From Callorhinchus milii (Eukaryota): DNA of 64,000 nucleotides. The notes under the pieces were generated by a model. The model saw only the letters and a program-made list of their open reading frames with translations. It searched no databases and had not been told where the DNA came from. This document shows, one piece after another, positions 1 to 13,159 of the stretch. Numbering within the stretch: the first letter of the stretch is position 1; the number at the start of each line of letters is the position of its first letter. The DNA is taken from assembly GCF_018977255.1 (NCBI RefSeq), contig NW_024704743.1:112222001-112286000 (forward strand). Reading direction: 5' to 3'. The position numbers and the translations under genes are program-made.

Positions 1-177
1 TCCCCATTGTCTTTGTAACTCACTTCAATTCCTTCCTTCATGCCAAGAGGAAGCCCCAAGGAACTTCCACAAAATATCCCGAACAGTGTGGTGTTTGTAT
101 TTGTAGGTGAACGTGACAGCCCATCTCACAAATTGCCTTGAAGTGGATGACCAATTTTATTTGGAGGACTGATGCCC

Positions 178-400
178 AAAAGAAGGGAATTTCTCCTGGT
201 GTCCTGGCCAACAATCCTCCAAACCAAATTGATCATTTGCTGCATAACTGTTTGTGGGACATTGCTGTGTGCAAATTGGGTTTCGTATGAGCCTACAAAA
301 TATACAGTCACTGCTTTACAGTATATCTTGTGTTATGCTTTGAGTTGCTCTCCTGACATGAAAGGTGTTGCATCAAATGTAAGGAATATTATCATTATCA
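178..400 (+). mobile_element. Deu SINE 3' half
   Basis: agggaatttctcctggtgtcctggccaacaat...gtgggacattgctgtgtgcaaattgg...catcaaatgtaagg. Confidence 0.82.
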
Positions 401-519
401 ATGATTGGATGACATAATATCAATTTTCAAAAATGTTGAATAAAAATGTAAAAGCATTTCAGTGCTTTTCAATGCCCATGTCAACAAATGACCAAAGCTC
501 TTACAGATAATACTAAGAA

Positions 520-990
520 TATAGGAATGTAAGGCCTGAAAAAGTGGTTCATGAGGCCAGTCCTAAAATAAAAGCAATAAATATCTTATCCTATTCACTG
601 TCTCATACAGCTCCATCCTCATCAAACAACTATCAAATTCCTCTTTGGATTTTGCTGACACAATCAGCCTCCACCTTCTCCCTGAGTATTCTATAATATA
701 ATAATAATAATAATCCTTGCATTTGATATAGTGTTTTTCACATCTTCTAGTGGTCTCAAAGCGCTTCTTAGAATATGCTGCAAATTGAATTAACTGTATA
801 TTTGTGGGCGAAATGCAGCAGCCAATTGCGTACAGTAGTGTCCCACAAACAGTCGTGGATTGAAAATGACCAATTTATTATTGTTTTGGAGGAATTATTA
901 TTATTATTCTATTCTAAATATTCACCACTATTTCTGAACACCCTATTCAATTGGAGTCATCTACTCACCGTCCTTCTTCTCAACCCAAGT
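520..990 (-). mobile_element. CR1 3' remnant split by a SINE
   Basis: tatcaaattcctctttgg...cagcctccaccttctccctgag, resuming attctaaatattcaccact after the SINE. Confidence 0.55.
693..908 (-). mobile_element. 5'-truncated tRNA-Ala-family SINE inserted in a CR1 remnant
   Basis: aataatccttgcatttgatatag...gtcccacaaacagtcgtggattgaaaatgaccaatttattattgttttgg matches the family body. Confidence 0.85.
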
Positions 991-3419
991 GAGTCCTGAG
1001 AAGCCAGTTTGTGCTAAGAAGAACTCTTGGAAAATGCCGCCGAATTGATGCCACCCATTAGATCACCTTACCTTTGGATCCAGCTACAATTGACCGATTC
1101 TTCCTTGTGAGTATGGAAACCTCTGGGAGATACTTTATCCAATAAAGAGGGCAATATGATTTTTTCTTAAAACTTTGTTAGGAAACAGACCCTTGAGAAA
1201 GAAAATGTTCCCTATCCCATTCACTGTTTCCCTCGACTTCCACATCCTTAAATTTGAAGGCATTTCATTCTGGTTATCACTAACAAACTATTATGCTCCT
1301 TATAAGATGGTGGAGATTTGAGGAACTGCAATTTTTTACTTTCAACTGTCCAGAAGGTTGACCCCCACTGATAAACACATTCCCTATTCTCTTTTTATCC
1401 TCTTTTTATCCAACACAACTCCTTTGAGAGAGTGAGACCATATTACCATACCAGCTCTCCTAGTCCCAGCACATCCTCAAACTGTCAAATGAAGACAAGA
1501 AAAAGAACTCAAAATAAAGCTGTTTTTCCTTTAACAAATGATAATGCATGTTTATGCTTTACCCTATCGACCTCCTCCAAAATCCAATTCCTAAGTGGCT
1601 TCCCTTTGACCTGGAATTTCAAGTAATCTCACAAGGAGACAAAAAAAGAACATGTCAAACTGAAGGGCAACTAAGGTGCCACCTTCTGAGAGATGACCCA
1701 AGCAATGTGCAACTTTGTTCCCTTCTACCTCAATGACACTGACAATCATAGATGGAAGTGGACCCAATATTTAATCCTTCTCTCAAAATGCTAGTGTAAC
1801 ATCACCACATTGTACACTGCAACATAATTCTGATGTAATATAACATCACTACTGATAGGTGATTGCTTGTCAAGACAATATTAGCAGCAAAGATCATAAA
1901 TGGTCACTTTGCAACAAGTTTGTTTTGGGTCTTCTAGGTTCCAGCTGCAGCCTCACTTTACTCTGGATGTACAGAGGTTGCAATTCCACCAACGCATCCA
2001 ATAAACAGCCCTTTTTCTTAAGTGTGTAAATGTATTTGTGTGCACATCTCTGACATTCACGCTCCCACATTACAAGTACATTCAAAACAATTCATTACAA
2101 ATGGTAAGCTATTCCTTGGAGACCCAGGAGTAAGTGGGGCAGTACACTCAATGCACCATGCGGATTCACCTACTGCTTAAGGCACTTATTATAAACAAGG
2201 TACTTGAGTGGAGGAGCACTTCCCCAAAAAGGGAACGGTGCCAGGGATTGTCAATTAGTAACCTCCTGCTTCATATGTCTGCAGATTTAAGTCTCTGTGT
2301 TTTAGCAGCCATAATGCCATGCTCCAAAATGAAAGTCTAAACAGTGGATGGAAAAGCTGAGCAGATTCAACAATCCATTTCCTTTGAGATTTTCATTAGA
2401 TCAATCTCTGACTTCTTGCCCTTTCATATGAATTCCAGGATATAGTTTTCAAATTTAATAAAAATCGCCTCCGGTGGGGAGAAGGCAAATCCTACCGAAT
2501 AGATAATTTAACTTCAGAATTATAATCCTGTTATTTAAATTCACCTTTACTTGTAGTGAAGGGAGCAGGTGCAGTTAGTATCCTTCACTTCACAATACAT
2601 GGTAAGGCACTATATCAAATGTAAGGATTATATTATTAGTGGTATATTATTATGTACTAATATTATTACTGAGGGTTGTATTATTCTTATATTATTCTTG
2701 TTTCTTGTACGGCGCTCTGAGACTCTACCCATGCGAAGGGTGCTACATAAATGCAAGTTGTTGTTGTTTTTACATTGTTTGACAAAAACAAAGATAAAAT
2801 AAACTTTAAAGTAACATATTTTCACTTTTTTCTTAGAAAAATAACTAATGAAAATGCATGGGTCCATGCTTTAGGAATGAGTAATATGTATATGAATAAT
2901 AATAATTATTATAATAATTATAATAATAATAATCCTTATTTTTGGTAAATGCCCACAAGATATGAGATTAACTTTTCACCTTAAAGGATGTTAGCGTGAC
3001 AGTTTTAGATGGTGGAAGCAAACCATCAACATCTCATTTCCTTTCACTTCAATATGTTTTGCCAGCACCAGGGTTTCAGGATGCTGCTAATCCAGATAAT
3101 AACTTCTTAAGAACACTTAATATATGACACATTTTGATGTCCGATGAACAATAATTAATAGTTAATTAATAGAATTGATGTTAATTCAATAATTAGCTAT
3201 TACAAAGAAAATAATAAGCAATTTCAAGCAGCACTTCTCTAACTTGTTATATGGTATGATACTGATTTTGTTTTGTTTTAAAAAGGATCGATTTAAACAT
3301 TTGAACCATTGAAAAATAGTTAATATACTTTTAGTTTTTTTATTATGCCTTTCATTTAGTTTTGGTCAGCTGGGTGTCACATGCGGAAATCCATTACTGT
3401 GCTTAAGAGTATCCAAACC

Positions 3420-3797
3420 AGAGAGAATTCCACCTACTGGAAATTTCTCTGTATCTGGAATGGAACACACACTCTCTCCCTGGAAGAACGCATCCTGCTT
3501 ACCAAATTCCAGAGAGTATTAGGTGCAGGTTGGCAAGAGCCAATGCTTTGGGACCTCACAGTGTGGTTGGGGTAACTGCTCGAATTTAACCACATAATTT
3601 GCCATTGAAAGCACTGTCTGGCAAGCTTGTCCAGTTGGGATCATCCTACCCTTTAGAGCTTTGGTTTGCCTGGTTAACAGGATTGGGAAGAATCTCTCCT
3701 CTCAGCATTTGGTCTGTCTTTCTAATTCCTGTTGACAAGCCAGGATAGCTGGTCTATCAGCAGCAGTGCCCTATATGAGTACTGCAAACTCACATGG
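3420..3797 (+). repeat. Unclassified old dispersed repeat, copy 1
   Basis: Aligns in reverse to 25800-26120, 59945-60320 and 16430-16620; strand label is relative only. Confidence 0.75.
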
Positions 3798-4431
3798 CTC
3801 AAAATACAGTCCCTACACTTTGCAATGAATCCTGTGAAGCACTTTGAAATGTCCTCTTGACATGAAAGGCACTATATCAAATGGAAGAATCATTATTATT
3901 TATACTAAAAACATTACATTCAATTTTTATTCCATATATGAATGCAACAGAGGCTATTGTTAATATATTTTTCTACACGTCAGCAAGGCTTATCTTTCAA
4001 AAAGGTTACATTTCATATTTTCTTATATTCTTCTTTAGATATATACTGCAGATGAATCATTTACAAAGCGGATTTTTTAAAAAAAAAGAATAGCCCATGG
4101 GAAAAATATCAGGAAAGATGGACTGACAAGATAATAGATCTCAGAGATCAGAAATGTTGCATCACAGCACTTCTGCATCACAAAACAATGGGTGTAAGCA
4201 AGACGTGTTTACTGTGTTAATACACTGTCTTCACAGACTGTGGGATTTTATGGGAACTCATTTATTTTGTGGCACATTTTGGCAAAAAAAAATTCTAATA
4301 TCCGAGTGCTGTTAAATTTAGTATCATTATCTAGCTCAGCATCACACTGGATTTCCTTTAGGAGAGTAAGATAAAATACAGTAAACTGCTGATTACCTGA
4401 CACTGGCTTAACTTAAGTCATCATGCTGTCT

Positions 4432-4442
4432 CACACACAGAT

Positions 4443-4469
<27 letters not shown>
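4432..4469. repeat. (CA)n microsatellite
   Basis: Seen directly. Confidence 0.92.
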
Positions 4470-4476
<7 letters not shown>

Positions 4477-4479
4477 CTA

Positions 4480-4740
4480 CAGAAATTTACAGCACAGAGG
4501 AAGGCTATTTGGTCCATCGTGTTTGTGCAGGCTCTTTTTAAGAGCAATAATTTCAGTGTCATTTACTTGCCCTTTCCCATTACCGCTGTAACTTACTACT
4601 TTTTATGTGTTCTTCATCTTATCCCCTTTTGAATGCTAATATGGATTCTGTCTCAAACACTGCTCCAAGGGGCAGAGCATTCCAAATCCAAACCACCTTG
4701 TATGTGAAAAAATGTTTATAATCTTCCCATTTGCCTGTTA
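4480..4740 (-). mobile_element. CR1 LINE 3' end
   Basis: aatttacagcacagaggaaggctatttggtccatc...ggcagagcattccaaatccaaaccacc...gtgaaaaaatgttt, the reverse of a CR1 3' UTR and ORF2 end. Confidence 0.75.
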
Positions 4741-4938
4741 CTAACTATCTTATATTATATATCTATCTTACATATTGATCTACTCTTGTCACTGATTGTC
4801 CAAAAAACAGTAATTTCTGGAGAACTGTATTACAGTGATTGCAACCAAACCTTGCTGACTATCACATTGCTTATTACAAGTTACGATGAAAACCATATTA
4901 TTTTAAAAACATTTCTGCGGCCAATTTTATTTTATATA

Positions 4939-5110
4939 CAGTAAAACACACCTAATTCTGATCTGTGTAAATCGTATAATCACCTAAGTTGTACATCTGT
5001 CCAAGTCCAGTTGAATTTCTCATTATGTATACATTTCACATATTTTGTATTTTGCATAATTCATATTAAATGTATGGTCCCAACTGACACCACTTATGTG
5101 AGGGTTACTG
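4939..5110. mobile_element. TcMar/Tigger-like MITE
   Basis: TA flanks; TIRs cagtaaaacacacctaa and ttatgtgagggttactg match at 13/17. Confidence 0.65.
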
Positions 5111-7914
5111 TATGCTATATTTTCCCCACTGCCGAATGTTTGTGCTTCTGATCCCCAGCCTCCTCATACGGGGGTGCAGTTTCCACCTGTGTTTCTGTCA
5201 ATCCAGCAATGTCAACAATTACATTAGCTACACACAGCTCTATTCTTACTGTAGTTCCTTGCATTAGTAGAAAAGTATTCAAGCTGATCCTCCAGCACTG
5301 TAATATACCTTTTTGAACCTTTTATTATCTTTGCATTCTTTTTTTCTTTACCATAAACAAGATTATTTTCTACCACATCTTGGTCAGTCCACTAAAGCAG
5401 CTGGATGTTTCAGTATAATTATAAGTCTGAGCCCAAAGCCTTGTAGCCAGACTTTACATCTCATCATAGATAGTGGGGTCCATATCAAATCAAAGTGGAA
5501 TATGTGCTGGTCTGTCATAATTTCCTGTTCCTATGGCAACATTCAGCTGTCAGAATACTGTGTTCACCTCAGAAACTGTATACCCCATAAGTACATGTTT
5601 CACCTTAGCTAAAAAGAAAGAGACCTGTCAAGTCTCAATGTTTGGTTGAAGAAATACAACCTTTATCTGAGTGTCCTTTTTCTCAAAATGAAAATGGTTT
5701 CATGTTATTTCAATACAACTGTAGCCTATCTCATTCCTCATTTTAAAAAAACAAACAGTAATCAGGAATAGACTAAAGCTTCATCAGATTTATTTGCTTC
5801 CTCGATTGTTAGAAAATAAATGGTGAAAGGAAAAGGTAAAAGGAAAAGGTCATTCAACCCATCAAGCCCACTTCTCTCTTGCTCTTGCTTTGTGGCTGTT
5901 TGTGGGACATGACTGTGTGTAAATTGGCTGCTGCATTCACCTACAAATACAGTCAATGTACGTCACAGTTAAAAAAAAAGTTAAGCTTTTTAACACGTCT
6001 CAACAACGTGATAAGGTTCCATATCAAGAATCATTACGGGACAAGCTACAAGAATGTGGACGCTGCCTCCCCTCAATATTCAGGGGAGAGGTTTCACACA
6101 CATACTCCCTAATTCCCAAAGAACCACTTATATCTCCACTTATATATATCTATATAAGTTGGAGAAGAATAGCGACTGCAGTCCGAAAACAATTTCTACC
6201 TATAGTGAAGTTAATTGGCTGATCCACTCACTCCTCCACCAGCCAAGCCTTCCTTATACTGTCTGTAGCTGCAATGACATCTGAAGGCAAAAGGAAATAA
6301 CCAACAATAAGCATGAAATGAAGGAATGTGCACTAAAAGGCAATCCTCCACTCGAGGCAGCCCTTTGTGCTGCAGATCGAGACATAAAACATGGAGGTTA
6401 ATGCCAGGAAAAACTGACACAGCCTTAACATTTCAAAGTTGACCTAGCCAGTCCTCGTTCATGTCTCTGATTGACATTCTTTACACCTGTCCCAGACATT
6501 CCTGGCTAATGATCCTGGGCTGAGGTCCTGCCAGCGCTGAAGCAAAGGATTCTCATGAAGCTGAAACCACAGTGAGAGATTTGGTGTCACACTTGTATTA
6601 AACAAGCCAGTCCATTATTCTAGGTTTCCTTCAAACTTAACATGCTCACTTGACTGGTAACTTTGAATGTGCCCCTGTCTTGATGATCTAAGCTCTCTGG
6701 GACACTCCACTGTGTGAGGGGCTCTATATAAACGCAAGTTTTCTTGTTGATCTGTGATCTTGGTTGTTATTTCCTCTTTTAAAAAAACATAGGAATTAAC
6801 ACTAACAAGTTCATTCATCCCATCAAGCCTAATTGTGTGCCAATTCTTCCTATGAATCTCACAACTACAACTTGAGCACCCTTTACACAGCATAAAATCT
6901 GAGAGCTGCAAAATGGCGGAGTTGAAAACTACAGCAAAATAACTTCAGAGTTAGGATTTGAAGTTAACAATTCACCAAATTTTGTATATAGGAACAGGAG
7001 AGGCCATTCGGCCCTTCGAACCTGTCCCACCATCTTCCAAGAAAATGGACCCTCCAAAATCTTATACAAATAGAGTAAGTAAACAACAAAATACTCAGTC
7101 ACACCACTTTACAGTATATCCTGCAGACCATTTTGAGACATCTCGATTATTATTATTAAACTGAGACATGGGTAAATTTCTCCCCACCCATGTCAAAATG
7201 CTTTGCATCAAAAACTCTCTTCTGACCCTCTTGTTATCTCTTGTAGGGGCTAATTTGCTGCTATGTATGTGAGTTGTGCGGGAGTCCGTACGTGCAGCTC
7301 AGAGACGAAATGTGTCCTAATGCTGTAAGAAATTATATTCTTTTAATTTGCTTTTGCTGGCTAAAACAGGCTTGAAGGGGCTCCACACTTTGCACAAGCT
7401 GCAGATGTACTGACAAGATCCATTTTCTCTATGTGCAGAAATATGCCGTCAGGGAGCTTGTTGTTGATGTAGTGGAGGAAACACTTTTTTTTGTAAGGTA
7501 AATTTCTGAAAGCTTCCAGTTTTTTTTAGTTTGATTTTTTTTAAGCTCCGAGCTCAGTGAATTTCACAGGATCTGTATATTAAACAGATTACCTGAAGGC
7601 ATTACGATGTAAATCTGATTCTCTGAATACCTCTCTTAACCCTTTACTTTAGAGCTAATCTGGGTATTGACGGATCTTGGGGTCGGGGTTGGGGGAAGAG
7701 AATGGGGAATTACTCAGTAGCTTTATTTGTTTCTCACACTTTTTCTGTAGGTCCCAATAGAAATACATTTTAAATTAGAAACGTAGACAGAGAATGTGGC
7801 AAAGAAGGGAAAGGAAATAAAAAACCGTGAGACCAGACAAACAGTAAAATTTTAAATATTTCAACCTGTGTTTTTGCATATATTTTGGAACTTCACAAAA
7901 ATACTAATAAGTTT

Positions 7915-8290
7915 AATAAGATTTGCATTTGACACCTCACCTTTTCACATTGACAAAACACCTTATAGCACTTCACAGAATTTACTGCAGAGTGTAGTAA
8001 CTGTATTTATACACAGCAATAGCTCACAATCATTTTTAATTGGCAAATTGTTGGCCAGGACACTGGGAAAAATTATTTCTCTTTTCAAGTAACGACATGG
8101 GATCTTTAACATCCACCTGAGCAGCAACCACGGTTTAACCGGTTCATCCAAAGGATATCTTCGACAATGCAGCGCACCCACAGTACCGTGTTAGAGAGAC
8201 AGCCTGGGCTGTGAGTCCCGACTTGGGGCTTGAATCCACAACTTTATGATTCAGAGGCAAGACTGGTATGAACTGAGTGGCGCTGTCACT
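7915..8290 (-). mobile_element. Deu SINE
   Basis: ttggccaggacactggg...catgggatctttaacatccacctga...ggggcttgaatccacaac. Confidence 0.8.
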
Positions 8291-8469
8291 TATACTTTGG
8301 AAAGCTTATGTTCTGGCCTTTTAAGAGGGAAATTGTGAAGACAAATTATTTTCTTCTACAAGTGTTGTTTTCCAATCCAAAAGAAAATATGTACTATGAA
8401 ATATATAGCGAAATATGAGATAAATTTTACAAAAGTTAATATGAAGCAAATTAGACTCCAAATGGAGAA

Positions 8470-8945
8470 CTGTACACTTTGCAGTAAATCATGCGAGGCA
8501 CTCTGAGATGTTACGATTATGTGATAAGGCCCTATATCAAATGCAATCATCGTTTATTATTTAATGGATGTGTGTGGACACTTCTGTTGTGTGAATGTGA
8601 AAAGGTGTATACCATCAGAGTGATTTTACAAGTGAACTGACTGCATTTGTAGGGAAATTGGGCAGCCAATTTGTGAACAGCAATATTCCACAAACAGCCA
8701 TGATAACAGCCATGATATTCCTTCATAATAATAATCCTCAAATGCAAGGTTTATTATTATGAAAGAATGATCAATTTTTGCTGGGGAATTATTGGCCAGG
8801 ACACTGAGAAAAACTGCCTTCTCTTTTCCAGAGGTGCCATGGGATCTTTAATGTCCACGTGAACAGGCCGAGAGACCTTCAGTTTAACATCTCATCCTTA
8901 GGACAGACAGCACCTCTTACAATGCAGTAGAGACTATGAGCTCAA
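8470..8945. mobile_element. Cluster of Deu SINE fragments (plus tail, minus body)
   Basis: ctatatcaaatgcaatc at ~8535; ttggccaggacactgag...gtgccatgggatctttaatgtccac at ~8790-8860. Confidence 0.72.
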
Positions 8946-9224
8946 CGTCATAACACAGACAAATACTCAAGCCTCACTCCTCATTGATTTAAAATGTATC
9001 ACTGTTAGCAGAACTGTGTGCTGAGTCAACTGAAACATTAGATGAACAAAATTCAGAATAAAGTAAATTTTAGCTCAAAAGAATAGCTTTTTCAGTACAT
9101 CAGTAATAGTCTTTGGGTCACATGTTTAGCATTTTGCAGCAAATAATAAAAGGACTTGAAAGAAGGATTTATATATTTAACACTGAAGAAAAAGAGAGAC
9201 ACACACTGATCTGAAAGCTTAGAT

Positions 9225-9495
9225 ACTCAAGTTCCACTGGGACCTAAGTATTGGTCCAGGCTGACATTGCACTCTATTACTGCCTCATGTCAGAGGTGAC
9301 ATTTTTCAGGTGAGGCCTTATACCAGTACTCTGCTCGTCCTCAGATCACATGTCAGTATTGGAAAAGAGAAAGGAGTTTCTCTGAGTGTCCTGGGCAACA
9401 ATTTGCCAAATAACATTAGTCATTCCCCTCTTGGCGTTTGTAGAACCTTGTGTTTGTAATGTCTGTTGCAATTCTCTACAAAACAGTCATTACAT
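9225..9495 (+). mobile_element. Deu SINE, diverged
   Basis: caggctgacattgc...gaaaagagaaaggagtttctctgagtgtcctgggcaacaat. Confidence 0.72.
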
Positions 9496-12400
9496 TACTT
9501 AATATAATCTTTGCATTTGATATAGGACATTGAGGTATGACATTGACAGTATAACACCTGAGGGAAGAAGTTTTTAGTTAGCACTGTAGCCAATTTGTAT
9601 TTCTCGTGATGCCCACTTAACCACACTGTTTGCTTATCCACACTAATGCAGACAACCAGTTCTCTGCTACATAACGGTCAAAGCTATCACAAAAAATACT
9701 TTCATGAATACTTTTAAAATTCATCAAGGTTCTTAAATCATACTAAGAATGCAGTATTGTGTGAATAATAATGCCTAACCTATTAACAGGCACAGATACT
9801 GTATGTAACTTTCATATCATTACATTTTGTTTGGCAATAAAGTAGAGTACGATTTTTGTAAGTAGAAACAAAATTAAAATTAACTCAACTACATTGCATG
9901 ACAAACTGCGGGAAAACAACAGACTGTTAAATAATGACAAGTTGTTCACTAAACTTGGATAAAAGTCCACATGAGAATTGTTCATATTGAGAGGACATCT
10001 CAAAGTGCTTGATAATGTTGGATGGGCACACAAGCTGGGGGGGGTGGGAGAATATAGCATTTATGACATAGGACAGATTCAGCTGGCTTGTTGTTAATGT
10101 ACATCAGCTTAGACTTTCTCTCACATATTTTATATATAAAAAACCTTGCTTTGGCTTCCAATTGAAAGCCTGTCATTCCACGTCTTCCACACTATGTTCA
10201 AATAATAAAAGTGCAGGATTTCTACACAAACAATCAAATTTTAAATCTTAGTTACATTTTCGGTTGACATAATTGCCCATTTTATTGCGCTTTAACTTTT
10301 CTACACGTTCAAGGTATTATTTCGAGCAAATTAAAATAAATTCGGTCTCTGCATTTGACTCCACGTGCTTCAACAGGAATGGGCTTCATATTTGGTTGTG
10401 TAATCAGGTTCCTTTAGAAACTGGAAGCCTTGGCAATGATAGAGTTAAAGCAGTATCCAGACAACACACATTTTGAGAGTTGCTATTTTTCTTCCATCGG
10501 CTGGTAAACGTAAACTGTTTGCCATTATAACCAGTGCTTTAATTATAACTTGTAGAACCAGCGATACTGAAATTTTGCCTGGAGGCAGAAACCACATTAG
10601 GGGTATGGTGTATCGAAATCGTAAGAATGACCTTATTTGTCAGTCACAATCCTACCATTTGATGAAATTCTCCATCCGAGTACATTGACTTATTTATGGC
10701 ACAAGTTCATTGCGTATAAGTGATGCAAATGACACTTTCCTTTTGTCCAACAGCCACTACCAGTCGTGCTCTGTCAGAACTAATACTCGGCTCACTCACC
10801 ATGCATCATTTATATGCTCTTGCTCTCTGCGATGAGAAAAATCTAGCGCCTTCTTGTCAGATAAGAGCTTTCTTCTCAAAAAGTATCTGCGTGACTTAAA
10901 ACAAAAATCACTTATATGTAAGTGGAGAAAGCACAGACCAGCTGTGATAAAAATGAGACTTCCTCCCCACCCCCCCAAAAAACTTATTTTGAATGATACA
11001 AATTAGTTTTTTTACAAAAAGAGTTAAAACTTTCTGGAGACGTATTTATGTGAAAGCCACATTGTCTCATGAGATGTTAGAATGTTGATTTGTTTTTGCT
11101 TCAGAGAGGAAGGTTGATAAGCTTTGCCTAAAAACACCCAAGTCTTTTTACATACATAGAAAATGGTGCCTTGATCTTACCTTGCGGTAAGGTTTAGATC
11201 AGGCAAATTCCTTGATAAGTCTTAAGCATCTTGACATTATGTTGCAGAAATAAATCCTGCGTCGCTGTGGTGCTGAGACACCTAGTGAACAAATAAATCT
11301 ACTTCCACATCACAAAGGAAGTCAGCATAAATGAAAATAATATGCTCTTCCACGGTAACCATCAATATGGAACGGAGATTTGTGAAATTATTTTACTCAC
11401 CCAAATATTGCAGAGGAATATAGCATTTTTGACATGGGAGAGATTCAGCTTGGCTTGATAGTACTGTACATCAGTTTGGACCTTCTCTCACCTGTCACTG
11501 ATTCAAGGAATACTCAGAATAAGGGTTCCATAGCAATTGAGAATGCAATGCTGTGTGTGAGTGCTGCTGACAGTGAAGCCCTTTATAAAAAATTCTGCTT
11601 TCTCTTTATTTTATTTCACCTCCCCCCCCCAAAAAAAATGAAATATCTTGCACTGTTTAAAGAAATTGAATAGATTGTTGCAGCATGAGAAACGGACAGT
11701 GCTCCTTATGCAATCTAACTTGCTGCAATTGACTTGACTGGAGTCTGCTTTTGCTCTGATATTCTTAAGTTAAAAACCCTATTTTAATTCACTCGTTATC
11801 GATAACTTATAAAACGAATACAACATGTAGCAAACACAATAAATGCATTATGCTGGTATAAAACTATTGACTTCTCAGATTTTGTGACACATTATTGCAA
11901 TTGTTGAAGTATATTTTGATTTAATTATTTATCTTGTATAAATAAAGCAGTATTGTCAGTTATTTTTGTTATAATGCTATACCAAGCATCCTTTAAATGA
12001 AAAAGACTACAATTTTTTTAACTCTAATATGGAATCCATTTTTGGTGCATTTTAGGAATTCGGAAAAATGTATAGCGTTCCATTATTGTTACAAATGATA
12101 CATGTGAAATGGTCAAATAACAGGAGTGAATGTTATTTTTGAAACAGTATCCTTGGTTTATGGACAGGTTATTATTTTTTAAGATTATATTAGTTTGAAT
12201 CACTAAATCCATGTCGCACATAATTATTCCGTATAATCTCCATAAATGAAATAAAAAGGGGGGAAAAAGTAGGCCAGTAAATCTGGAAACGATCCATCTG
12301 GCAGAACTGAACGGGACATCATTAATTCTTCCATATAAAACATCAAAACCTAAGCTTTATTACGAGAACTCATTTTGTCTTATACAGAGTTAAGATATTA

Positions 12401-12653
12401 CATCATGGATTTCAAATGCATCTAAAAATTGAAAGATTCCTGTCAGCTGTTACTGAAGCTTTATAACTTAAGCCGGTAATGGTTGTTTTTATTCTGTATA
12501 TAATCTATTATCGCAGGAGATCACATCCAGTGGCATGCCAGAGTCAACTTTCCCTCAGTTGACATCCACATGCCTGATTTTACAGGTTTTGCAACAATAC
12601 AATAGGGTTTATCGCCAAAAAAAAAGCCACAGGCTTTTCATACTGCATTTTGC

Positions 12654-13073
12654 ATCAGCCCAGCTCAGCTGGTAGCACTCTTGCCTCTGAATTGGGATGA
12701 TGTAGGTTCAAGCCCCATGTTGGGACTTGGAACTCAAATAGTTTCAAATAGACACTCCAATTCAATGCTTGGGGGTGTTCTGCATTGTCTGAGGTACCGT
12801 CCTTTCGGCTGAGATGTTAAACTGAGGTCCGGGTGGAGTTTAAAGATCCACGTTTCGAAAAGTGAAGAGGTTTCTCCTAATCTCCTGGCCAACAATCCCC
12901 CAGATAAATCTGGTCACTCACTTCATGGCTGTTTGGAACATTGCTGTACCTAAATTGGCTGCTGCATTTCACCCACAAAAATACCACTTTACAGTATATT
13001 CTGTGAAATGCTTTGAGGCACCTTGATGGTGTGATATGGCGCTATCTCAAATACAAGGATTATTAGTATTATT
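12654..13073 (+). mobile_element. Full-length Deu-domain SINE (SacSINE1-like)
   Basis: tRNA-like head tcagcccagctcagctggtagcactcttgcctctga...ggttcaagcccc; Deu-type core gaggtaccgtcctttcggctgagatgttaaactgagg...ctcctggccaacaat; L2-type tail. Confidence 0.88.
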
Positions 13074-13159
13074 TTTGATAATGCCACAAGCTTTTGGAGC
13101 TATCACTGTTGAATCCGGGTATTTATATGTCTGGCTCTTGAGTGCTCTGGTTATCACTG

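Noticed and set aside
1180..1640. Possible Penelope-like RT remnant (PTDKHIPYS)
   Set aside because: Too short and degenerate to support without a profile search.
4793..4804. miR-219-like tgattgtccaaa
   Set aside because: Only 12 nt match, next to a CR1 remnant, and no hairpin.
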